From: Alphaproteobacteria bacterium
GTDB lineage: Bacteria > Pseudomonadota > Alphaproteobacteria > Rs-D84
Assembly (NCBI GenBank): GCA_016927735.1
Contig: JAFGMC010000011.1
Coordinates: forward strand, 2,320-66,319
DNA: 64,000 nt
Reading direction: 5' to 3'
Under the pieces are notes generated by a model that made no database searches, was not told the DNA's origin, and was given only the letters and a program-made list of their open reading frames with translations. Within the stretch, counting starts at the first letter, position 1. Every line of letters starts with the position of its first letter. Position numbers and translations under genes: made by a program. Shown here piece after piece: positions 8,547 to 17,178 of the stretch.

Positions 8547-8873
8547 TTACTCACCCCCTTTAGAGTTTTTGCTATTATTTTCAGAGACTTCAAAATCACC
8601 ACCTTCTATTTTAAGAGCCCATCCATTTACAAGTGCTGTGGCAACTATATTTCTGGCTTCATTTACAAGTCTTGAAAAAGTTGATCTGGATATATTCATT
8701 AATTCTGCGGCATCAAATTGTTCCATTTTTTCAAAGTCCGCTAGACGTAATGCTTCGAGTTGATCATGAGATAAAGTTATTTTATTTAAATCACGCAGTT
8801 TAATTGCCTGTGGTTTATAAAACCTTGCAATAGGTGAATTAGCTATAAATCGTTTCATTCTTTTTCTTGGCAT
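8547..8873 (-). CDS. DUF134/UPF0251-family predicted DNA-binding protein
   Basis: MPRKRMKRFI...FYKPQAIKLRDLNKITLSHDQLEALRLADFEKMEQFDAAELMNISRSTFSRLVNEARNIVATALVNGWALKIEGG matches the DUF134 consensus (MPRPxKxRxV...FKPxGxP...L.xDExEAxRLxDxEGLxQEEAAxxMxVSRxTxxRxLxxARxKVAxALVxGKAIxIxGG). Confidence 0.75.
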   Translation of the reverse strand: MPRKRMKRFIANSPIARFYKPQAIKLRDLNKITLSHDQLEALRLADFEKMEQFDAAELMNISRSTFSRLVNEARNIVATALVNGWALKIEGGDFEVSENNSKNSKGGE

Positions 8874-8900
8874 TTTTATAATTTCTTTTATTATTAATTA

Positions 8901-8915
8901 TGAACATGTGTGCAT
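8901..8915. promoter_or_regulatory. Operator-like imperfect palindrome, box 1 (promoter-proximal)
   Basis: TGAACATGTGTGCAT. The half-sites TGAACA and TGCACA are inverted. On the minus strand it lies between the predicted -10 and the DUF134 start codon. Confidence 0.45.
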
Positions 8916-8919
8916 AATT

Positions 8920-8948
8920 AATATAGGGTATTATTATGAATATTGCAA
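8920..8948 (-). promoter_or_regulatory. Predicted sigma70-type promoter of the DUF134-DUF5320 unit
   Basis: The minus strand reads TTGCAA (8948-8943), a 17-nt spacer, then TATATT (8925-8920), about 45 nt upstream of the ATG at 8873. Confidence 0.5.
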
Positions 8949-8957
8949 GTGTTATTT

Positions 8958-8972
8958 TGAACATATGTGCAT
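8958..8972. promoter_or_regulatory. Operator-like imperfect palindrome, box 2 (distal)
   Basis: TGAACATATGTGCAT is identical to box 1 at 14 of 15 positions. Its centre is 57 bp from box 1, just upstream of the predicted -35. Confidence 0.45.
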
Positions 8973-9099
8973 TATTATATAAAAAACTTTTATATCCCTG
9001 ACTTTTATATAATTTCCCCGATACCCAAAATAAATTCCCTGTTAATTTTTTAGGAATTTTAGATAATTTGGCATTTGTAAGGCTTGGTATGCAAGGAGT

Positions 9100-9253
9100 T
9101 GAGAGAATAGGTGGCTGTATAAATTGGCAAAATAGGGGTAAAATTGCTAAAAATCCCTGTAAATTCCCTGATATTGCAGATTCTGGGATGGGAAACGTTG
9201 CAGTGGATTAGTCCACCACCAGAAATCTGACCGTTTGTATGAACGGTCTTTTT
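9100..9253 (+). ncRNA. Candidate small RNA (unassigned family)
   Basis: The region is noncoding. A long-range stem CAGATTCTGG (9177-9186) / CCAGAAATCTG (9219-9229) encloses the hairpin GTGGA-TTAG-TCCAC (9203-9216) and is followed by a terminator at 9229-9253. The 5' end and promoter are not defined. Confidence 0.25.
9229..9253 (+). terminator. Intrinsic terminator
   Basis: GACCGTT-TGTATG-AACGGTC followed by TTTTT. No plus-strand CDS ends upstream of it. Confidence 0.6.
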
Positions 9254-9259
9254 CTTTGC

Positions 9260-9289
9260 AAAAAATCCCGCAGTTACGCGGGATTTTTC
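9260..9289. terminator. Intrinsic terminator (bidirectional), second of a tandem pair
   Basis: AAAAAA-ATCCCGC-AGTTAC-GCGGGAT-TTTT. Confidence 0.6.
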
Positions 9290-9393
9290 AATATTTGTGA
9301 CTTTGGTATGGGATGCAATTTCAAACCTGAACCCCAAAATCCCCAAAACCTATACACTGCCCAAATTCCGATAGTCACACTTTATAAAAACAC

Positions 9394-9423
9394 TTGATAT
9401 TACAAGTTAATTTTTCATATAAT
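9394..9423 (+). promoter_or_regulatory. Predicted sigma70-type promoter for the 9457 gene
   Basis: TTGATA (9394-9399), an 18-nt spacer, then TATAAT (9418-9423). An ACGGAG SD lies at 9443-9448. Confidence 0.5.
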
Positions 9424-9456
9424 CATATCAAATTTATTATTAACGGAGTAAATAAT

Positions 9457-10038
9457 ATGGATAATATCTTTTTATATTTTCTAATAGCAGCCTTGTGTTT
9501 TATTGTTTATGGAATAATCGTTAAATTTGAAAATAATAAGAAAAAAGAGTTTGAATCGTTGTTAACAGACAGTGGTTTTATTGTTTCAGAAAAACTAGCT
9601 TATTCATCATTTGGAGGAATTTTTTGTTTAGATTCTGAAAATAAATTATGGGCAGTAAGTGAAGTTAATAAAATATATCGTTTTCAAGATATAGTTAAAG
9701 TAGAAGTTGTTCAAGACGGAAAAACTATATCTAGTGGTGGACTTGGAAGAGCCTTTGCTTTAGGTGTTTTGGCTGGTGGGGTAGGTGCTGTTGTTGGTGC
9801 AACAACTGGTAGAAAAATATCAGAAAATAAACTTACAGATTTGCGTATAAAAATAACAATAAATGATTTTAAAAACCCAATAGTTTATATAAATTGTTTG
9901 ACGCCTAATAAAAACATATCAATGGAAATGGTTCAGAAATTTCAATCTGTATTAGACTTGATTTTAGTTAATGGGAAAAGCAAGCATACTATAAAGCAAG
10001 ATGAAATAATAAATAAATTTAATCAAAATATTGGTTAA
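9457..10038 (+). CDS. Hypothetical membrane protein with a glycine-zipper segment
   Basis: The start was moved to the ATG at 9457, behind an SD. There is an N-terminal TM segment (IFLYFLIAALCFIVYGIIV) and an internal GGLGRAFALGVLAGGVGAVVGATTG. No family was recognised. Confidence 0.55.
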   Translation: MDNIFLYFLIAALCFIVYGIIVKFENNKKKEFESLLTDSGFIVSEKLAYSSFGGIFCLDSENKLWAVSEVNKIYRFQDIVKVEVVQDGKTISSGGLGRAFALGVLAGGVGAVVGATTGRKISENKLTDLRIKITINDFKNPIVYINCLTPNKNISMEMVQKFQSVLDLILVNGKSKHTIKQDEIINKFNQNIG

Positions 10039-10194
10039 TGTTGTAATTTATAAAACTTTTCTTCCTGTTCTTGGAACTTTTCGTGCTTGCTAGCTATATA
10101 GAATAATGTTTGCAGGTTGATTCTGGCTGGGGTATTGCCCTCCATAATTGTGTTTATAATCCTTGGCGACATATAACACAGGTTCAGGTATTTA

Positions 10195-10227
10195 TAAACC
10201 GCCCAAAAGAGCGGTTTTGGTTTTTTA
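10195..10227 (+). terminator. Intrinsic terminator
   Basis: AACCGC-CCAAAAGA-GCGGTT followed by TTGGTTTTTT, about 160 nt after the stop at 10038. Confidence 0.55.
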
Positions 10228-10238
10228 TAATTATCTTT

Positions 10239-11027
10239 CTAGAATCGTAATCTTAATCCCAGATCAATCATTGCAATTGTATTCAGTCCAGACTTTTCTT
10301 CTGGAAAAGCAAATTTTCCCATAATAGTCCAATCCATCATATCTGACATCTTGTATATTATACCCATTTTTAACATCATTGCACTGGATGTTTCATCAGA
10401 TTCTTCGGTATATGTTTCGCCGCCAGCCTTTACAGTGACAGTTGATGATATATCTGCGCCACCAAATCCGATAACCATGGTTTCTTTGGGTCCTGTTTTG
10501 AAATAATTGTCCAGATAAAATCCATATAAATCATATCCAACAGTTATAGAATCTGCGCCCATTGCTTCTACATAATCCGGATTCATTTCTGATGGTAGCA
10601 AGAAATCCATTGTCCCTGTGATTCCCAAACCATATTCTTCAATTACATCAAATTTGAATCCAAAATTCAAACCCATTTTTAAAAATGCAGAAGGCATATA
10701 ATCAGATGCTTGTTCAGTTCTGTAAGAAGTTGCTGCAAAACCAATATCAGCACCCACAAAGAAATAATTATCACGTTTCTTTTCTTTTTCCGTATTTGTT
10801 GCAGTTTTGGAATTTTCAGTATCAGTTTTTATTTCTGATGTATCTTTTACAATATCATCGGATTTTATTGTTTCAGTAGCAGTTTTCTCTTTCCCAGCGA
10901 AATACCCGTCACAAAACTTTGTTCCATTATCTTGGGTACAATCAGTATAGCTTGTATATTCGCGTGCAAATAAAATAGTTGGAATTGATGCAAAAATTAA
11001 ACCTGTCAGCAGTAGATATTTTTTCAT
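10239..11027 (-). CDS. Outer-membrane beta-barrel protein (surface-antigen-like)
   Basis: Signal peptide MKKYLLLTGLIFASIPTILFA|R, a Thr/Lys/Glu-rich linker, beta-strand alternation, and a C-terminal IDLGLRLRF ending in Phe. Confidence 0.7.
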   Translation of the reverse strand: MKKYLLLTGLIFASIPTILFAREYTSYTDCTQDNGTKFCDGYFAGKEKTATETIKSDDIVKDTSEIKTDTENSKTATNTEKEKKRDNYFFVGADIGFAATSYRTEQASDYMPSAFLKMGLNFGFKFDVIEEYGLGITGTMDFLLPSEMNPDYVEAMGADSITVGYDLYGFYLDNYFKTGPKETMVIGFGGADISSTVTVKAGGETYTEESDETSSAMMLKMGIIYKMSDMMDWTIMGKFAFPEEKSGLNTIAMIDLGLRLRF

Positions 11028-11095
11028 AACCTTACTCCTTTGTAGTTATAATGAATTGTCGCAATTAAACACGATGATTGTCCATAAGAAAATAT

Positions 11096-11647
11096 TTATG
11101 GTGCAATCCAAATCCATGCCCAACCAGCTGGTGCAGTACCAGTGTGTGCAGTAGTTGGTACAGCCCAGAATCTTGAATCATCACCAGTCGCAACAGTATT
11201 TGCAGTTGTCCCAGTCGGCAGAAGTGGAAATGGTACAACACCACTGATCAGGTTAGATGCGTTTGTTTGATCAACATTCTGTACATTCGAAAGACCAATT
11301 TGTGTTTGTGTCACATTATGTGGATTAGATGTATCGCTGATATGGGTAAATACAGCCTTGGCAGATGGGTATTGTGTGTCTGTACTGGTACCACTGATAA
11401 CAGTTGTCTTGTTACCGATTTCTTCAAAACCACCAGATGAAACAATACGATCAACATAATCTTTGGAAGTGATTTTTGCAAATGATGGAACTGTGCAAAT
11501 AACAAATAATAAAGCAGAAGATAAAATTATTTTAGATGATTTTGTATTAAATTTTTTGCGCAAAAGACACATCAAAATGTCTATAAATTTTGACAGCCTC
11601 AGCCGCTTGGAAAGCGATATGATAAACAACCTATAAAACATATTCAC
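11096..11647 (-). CDS. Secreted protein with a phage tail-fibre-type motif
   Basis: SNPHNVTQTQIGLSNVQNVDQTNASN matches the tail-fibre repeat NPHxVTKxQVGLGNVxN. The likely true start is Met26 (11572), which gives the signal peptide MCLLRKKFNTKSSKIILSSALLFVICTVPSFA|K. Confidence 0.55.
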   Translation of the reverse strand: MNMFYRLFIISLSKRLRLSKFIDILMCLLRKKFNTKSSKIILSSALLFVICTVPSFAKITSKDYVDRIVSSGGFEEIGNKTTVISGTSTDTQYPSAKAVFTHISDTSNPHNVTQTQIGLSNVQNVDQTNASNLISGVVPFPLLPTGTTANTVATGDDSRFWAVPTTAHTGTAPAGWAWIWIAP

Positions 11648-12057
11648 TACTAGCTTTTTTCTCTCGGTTCTTAATAATTACAAAATACCCCACACTATTT
11701 AGTAAGAAAGTAGCACTTTTAGCGATATTAGGTCAACAGTAAAAGCAGTAAATTTAAGGATAAATTTCTTAATTTTGTTTATAAGTAAGAATAAATTCAT
11801 AATAATTTTCAGAGTAAGATTTTTATTGATAATAGAAACATTATCATAAGATATTTTATAATTTGTTTGATTATATAGTTTTTCTTGCTTTTTCTGTATT
11901 TTTGGGTTACAGTGAACAATGTTGATTTTATTCAATAGATACTTTCTACAAAATTTTCCTTCTAATAAAAGCGAGATTTTCTAAAGATGTACTAAAACAA
12001 AATCTTCACTGTTTTTATAAATAATTATAATCGCAGTTAATTTACTAAAAGGAAAAA

Positions 12058-12261
12058 ATGATGAAAGGTACAGTTAAATGGTTTAACACTCAGAAAGGTT
12101 TCGGTTTTATTAAACCAGAAACAGGTCGTGAAGATGTATTCGTTCATATCTCTGCTCTTACCGAAGCAGGATTGAAAACATTGGATGATAACCAAGAAGT
12201 TACATTCGAAATCGCAGAAGAAAGAGGCCGCAAGTCTGCAAAGAATCTGAAACTTGCTTAA
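12058..12261 (+). CDS. cspA: Cold-shock protein (CspA family)
   Basis: [31 protein letters not shown] contains the RNP1 (KGFGFI) and RNP2 (VFVHIS) motifs. Length is 67 aa. Confidence 0.95.
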   Translation: MMKGTVKWFNTQKGFGFIKPETGREDVFVHISALTEAGLKTLDDNQEVTFEIAEERGRKSAKNLKLA

Positions 12262-12278
12262 TCTTAATTTGTAAAATA

Positions 12279-12305
12279 AAAAACCGCCAAATGGCGGTTT
12301 TTTTA
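12279..12305 (+). terminator. Intrinsic terminator after cspA
   Basis: AAACCGCC-AAAT-GGCGGTTT followed by a T-run. Confidence 0.75.
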
Positions 12306-12391
12306 TTTTTATTGCAAAAAACCGAAAAAAAGCATACTATTCAATTATCTCTTCAGGAGATATGGTACTCATATTAACAAAGGAGAAAAAA

Positions 12392-12589
12392 ATGCAAGAA
12401 ATAAAAAAATACGTTCTGAATCCCTTGATAATCATTGGTGCATTGAACTGGGGATTAGTTGGGCTTTTGAATTTTGACTTGGTTGCTGCTATTTTTGGTA
12501 CAGGCACAATGTTAACACGTACTGTGTACAGCATTGTTGGTATCGCAGCACTTGTTTACATATTTATTCTTATGGGCAAAAAGAAGTAA
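12392..12589 (+). CDS. DUF378-family small membrane protein
   Basis: LNPLIIIGALNWGLVGLLNFDLVAAIFG is the DUF378 signature (IGALNWGLVG...FDLV). The start was moved to the ATG at 12392, behind an AAGGAG SD (12380-12385). Confidence 0.8.
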   Translation: MQEIKKYVLNPLIIIGALNWGLVGLLNFDLVAAIFGTGTMLTRTVYSIVGIAALVYIFILMGKKK

Positions 12590-12608
12590 ATATAAGTAAT
12601 CTTAAAAT

Positions 12609-12634
12609 AAAAACCCGCTTTTGCGGGTTTTTTA
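12609..12634. terminator. Bidirectional intrinsic terminator
   Basis: AAAAA-CCCGC-TTTT-GCGGG-TTTTTT lies between convergent genes ending at 12589 and 12635. Confidence 0.75.
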
Positions 12635-12925
12635 TTATCTGGAATTAGATTTAAAAGTGTTATTATTATAAGAACGAATGTTTTCTATTTCTATAATCTT
12701 GGCTTCGGATAGTGTTATAAAATCTCCGGTTTGACTATCTATTATGTATTTTTTATTGTTTAATATGAATTCTATTGATCCCACAGGAAAAGATATGTTT
12801 TTTGCTTTGGATATCATAAGCGCAAGATAAAATTCTCCATATGGAAAATTAATTCTTCCTATAATTCTTGCGAATTTTAAACGTTTTTCTGTTAATTGTT
12901 CGTTTGATTCTTGAACTTTTCTCAT
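12635..12925 (-). CDS. Hypothetical protein
   Basis: 96-aa ORF bounded by a terminator and an intergenic region. No recognisable motif. Confidence 0.4.
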   Translation of the reverse strand: MRKVQESNEQLTEKRLKFARIIGRINFPYGEFYLALMISKAKNISFPVGSIEFILNNKKYIIDSQTGDFITLSEAKIIEIENIRSYNNNTFKSNSR

Positions 12926-12985
12926 ATATGTCCTTTTTCACTTAATTTCTAACAAAAATTGTTATGTTCGTCAATCAATATGTAA

Positions 12986-13016
12986 AAAATAAAAACCCCT
13001 TTGCAAAGCAAAAGGA
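12986..13016 (-). terminator. Intrinsic terminator after tRNA-Asn
   Basis: The minus strand reads CCTTTTGC-TTT-GCAAAGGGG (one bulge) followed by TTTTTATTTT, just 3' of the tRNA. Confidence 0.5.
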
Positions 13017-13024
13017 TTAAATAC

Positions 13025-13100
13025 TGGCTCGGGCAGCTGGACTCGAACCAGCGACATACGGATTAACAGTCCGTTGTTCTACCGACTGAACTATGCCCGA
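13025..13100 (-). tRNA. tRNA-Asn (anticodon GUU)
   Basis: Reverse complement: TCGGGCATAGTTCAGTCGGTAGAACAACGGACTGTTAATCCGTATGTCGCTGGTTCGAGTCCAGCTGCCCGAGCCA. It has a 7-bp acceptor stem, anticodon loop CT-GTT-AA, a GGTTCGAGTCC T-arm and an encoded CCA. Confidence 0.95.
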
Positions 13101-13214
13101 ATAGCCCGCCAATCTTATAATTTATTTTCTATCTTTTCAAGTCTTTTTTTTAATTATTGCAGGTTTATTTTTTTAATGATATATTTCAGACCGTCTAATT
13201 AAATAATAAAAGGA

Positions 13215-14033
13215 ATGAAAATGTTATTAAAGGGAAAGAAAATTCTGATAACTGGTGTTGCAAACGATATGTCTATGGCTTGGTCAATTGCAAAGCGCGC
13301 AGCAGAAGAAGGTGCAGAAATCGCAATGCCATTCGGCAGTGAACGCGTTGAAAAACGTGTACGTCCATTGGGTGAAAGTATTGGTGCAAAGTTTATTCAA
13401 CAATGTAATGTCCAAGATGATGTACAAATGGATGCTTTGTTTGACGCTATTGAAAAAGAATGGGGCCATTTGGATGGTATGTTGCATGCAATAGCTTTTT
13501 CTAATAAAGACGAGTTAACAGGTCGTTATGCAGAAACATCACGTGAAAATTTCAAGAATACAATGGATATTTCCGCATATTCTTTGGTTGATTTGACACG
13601 TCGCAGTGCAAAATTGATGAAAGATGGTGGCAGCATTATAACACTGTCATATTTTGGTGGTGAAAAATCTATACCTAATTACAATGTAATGGGTGTTGCA
13701 AAAAGTGCACTGGATTCATCGGTTCGTTATTTGGCAGCTGATTTGGGTGTTGATGGTGTTCGTGTTAATACAATCAGTGCTGGCCCAATTATTACATTGG
13801 CTTCCAGTGGTGTTGGTGGATTCAAATCTATCTTGAAATTGAATCAAAAAATGACACCATTGCGCCGTAATATGACATTAGATGATGTATCTGGCGCAGC
13901 TGTTTATTTGTTCAGTGATTTGGCATCCGGTGTGACTGGTGAAATACATCATGTGGATTGTGGTTATTCATCAACTGGCATGATACCAAATGATTTGAAA
14001 GACGTTTTGTTAAAGGGTCTGGAAGAAGCTTAA
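13215..14033 (+). CDS. fabI: Enoyl-ACP reductase (NADH), FabI
   Basis: GKKILITGVANDMSMAWSIAK (FabI-type nucleotide-binding N-terminus), SYFGGEKSIPNYNVMGVAKSALDSSVRYLA (Y-x6-K catalytic region) and INTISAGPI. Confidence 0.92.
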   Translation: MKMLLKGKKILITGVANDMSMAWSIAKRAAEEGAEIAMPFGSERVEKRVRPLGESIGAKFIQQCNVQDDVQMDALFDAIEKEWGHLDGMLHAIAFSNKDELTGRYAETSRENFKNTMDISAYSLVDLTRRSAKLMKDGGSIITLSYFGGEKSIPNYNVMGVAKSALDSSVRYLAADLGVDGVRVNTISAGPIITLASSGVGGFKSILKLNQKMTPLRRNMTLDDVSGAAVYLFSDLASGVTGEIHHVDCGYSSTGMIPNDLKDVLLKGLEEA

Positions 14034-14052
14034 AGTAGAAAAATTAAAAATT

Positions 14053-14081
14053 AAAAAAACCCGCAATCGCGGGTTTTTTTT
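14053..14081. terminator. Bidirectional intrinsic terminator
   Basis: AAAAAAA-CCCGC-AATC-GCGGG-TTTTTTTT lies between the fabI stop and the convergent gene ending at 14080. Confidence 0.75.
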
Positions 14082-14505
14082 AATGTACTAATTGTTTTGA
14101 CGCAAACATTTTTTTAGGAATAACTGTACGAATTAAATTTTTAAAATTATTTTTTGGTTTTAAATTATCCCAAACTTGCAAAGCTAATTTCAGATCTTCA
14201 ATAGAATTAGTTTCTTTCTTGGTATAATGTATAAACGCTGCGGTTAATGCTTTATTAAATACATCAAACAATGAAATATTTTTATTAAATTTATTAAAAC
14301 CAATTTCGGTCATACTTAAACCCAATAAATAAAAAGGTGTTTCCCTGAAATAAAACGGTCTTTTCATATTTTTAACAGCATTTATGTTAATATCAATTTT
14401 TTGCAATTCGGATATCTCAAAAGTATAAAGTTTGCTGATTTCGAGGGTTTCTATAACAGAATCGAAAAAATCTTGAACTTTTTTATCTATATCTTTTATA
14501 TACAT
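14080..14505 (-). CDS. Hypothetical protein, paralog A of a tandem pair
   Basis: 141 aa. It shares IDKxxQxFFDSVI, QKID-N, FN(A/K) and LKxAxxVWxxxKPK blocks with the adjacent gene at 14569..15069. Confidence 0.6.
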   Translation of the reverse strand: MYIKDIDKKVQDFFDSVIETLEISKLYTFEISELQKIDININAVKNMKRPFYFRETPFYLLGLSMTEIGFNKFNKNISLFDVFNKALTAAFIHYTKKETNSIEDLKLALQVWDNLKPKNNFKNLIRTVIPKKMFASKQLVH

Positions 14506-14540
14506 TTTATTTCCCTGTTAATTTGTTATTTTAAGACAAT

Positions 14541-14567
14541 AAAAACCCCTAGATTAAGGGGTTTTTA
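14541..14567 (-). terminator. Intrinsic terminator between the two paralogs
   Basis: AAAAA-CCCCT-AGATTA-AGGGG-TTTTT immediately after the stop at 14569. Confidence 0.65.
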
Positions 14568-14568
14568 T

Positions 14569-15069
14569 TTAATATGCCAGTTGTTTTTCCTGATCAAGAA
14601 AATAGTATTGTGATCTGAAAAGTAATTTTAAATTATCCAAATTTTTTTCAGTAATTATTGGTTCAAAAATAAATTTTAAACTTTCCAGAGGTTTCTTTGG
14701 TTTCATCTGATACCAAACATAAATAGCTTTTAAAAGATTTTGTTCTGTGCGTTTTGATTTTTCTGAATAATATCTACCAGTATGATAAACAACATTATTA
14801 AACGCATTAAATAAAGGGCAAATAGTAGAACTAGATTGTTTAAAACCACTGTCTGTTAGTGTCGAATCAGATGTATATTTTGTTGTGCTTGAATAAACAG
14901 TGAAATATAAAGGATTTGCCTTCATGTTTCCGATTATCATAATATTATCATCAATTTTTTTCTGTTCTTCTATATTTTTTGTTTTCGTTTTGTTTTCTTT
15001 TATAGTCAAAATAACGGAATCAAAAAACCCTTGGATAGTTTTATCTATATTATTACCATTCATTTTCAT
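14569..15069 (-). CDS. Hypothetical protein, paralog B of a tandem pair
   Basis: The start was moved to Met22 of the track ORF (GAGGT SD upstream), giving MKMNGNNIDKTIQGFFDSVILTIKENK... It is paralogous to 14080..14505. Confidence 0.6.
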   Translation of the reverse strand: MKMNGNNIDKTIQGFFDSVILTIKENKTKTKNIEEQKKIDDNIMIIGNMKANPLYFTVYSSTTKYTSDSTLTDSGFKQSSSTICPLFNAFNNVVYHTGRYYSEKSKRTEQNLLKAIYVWYQMKPKKPLESLKFIFEPIITEKNLDNLKLLFRSQYYFLDQEKQLAY

Positions 15070-15182
15070 AATTTTAACCTCTGGTTCTAATGCTTTATAA
15101 TGGGTACATTGTAACAAATTTTGAATAACCAATCAAGACGTTTTCATTTGTTGCAAAGTTTATTATAACTTAATATAATTAA

Positions 15183-17171
<1,989 letters not shown>

Positions 17172-17178
17172 TAAAAAT

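Noticed and set aside
9203-9222. The sequence GTGGATTAGTCCACCACCA looked like a tRNA/tmRNA-type 3' end (…CCACCA).
   Set aside because: The hairpin loop is 4 nt (TTAG), not a 7-nt T-loop with GGTTCGA. No acceptor-stem partner or tag-peptide ORF could be found, so it is not called as tmRNA or tRNA.
9059-9346. 95-aa minus-strand ORF in the 9.0-9.4 kb spacer.
   Set aside because: It reads straight through two intrinsic-terminator hairpins and the repeat motifs. It has no RBS, and its composition is unlike the neighbouring genes. The region is treated as noncoding.
10035-10172. 45-aa minus-strand ORF (MSPRIINTIMEGNTPARINLQTLFYIASKHEKFQEQEEKFYKLQH) whose middle vaguely resembles helices 3-5 of an XRE-type HTH.
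   Set aside because: It is too short and lacks the first HTH helices. It has no RBS, and its upstream extension overlaps a terminator. At best it is a decayed remnant, and the evidence is insufficient to call it.
11699-11935. 78-aa minus-strand ORF upstream of the tail-fibre-motif gene.
   Set aside because: Its Asn/Lys/Ile low-complexity translation is what random AT-rich DNA produces. There is no RBS or motif.
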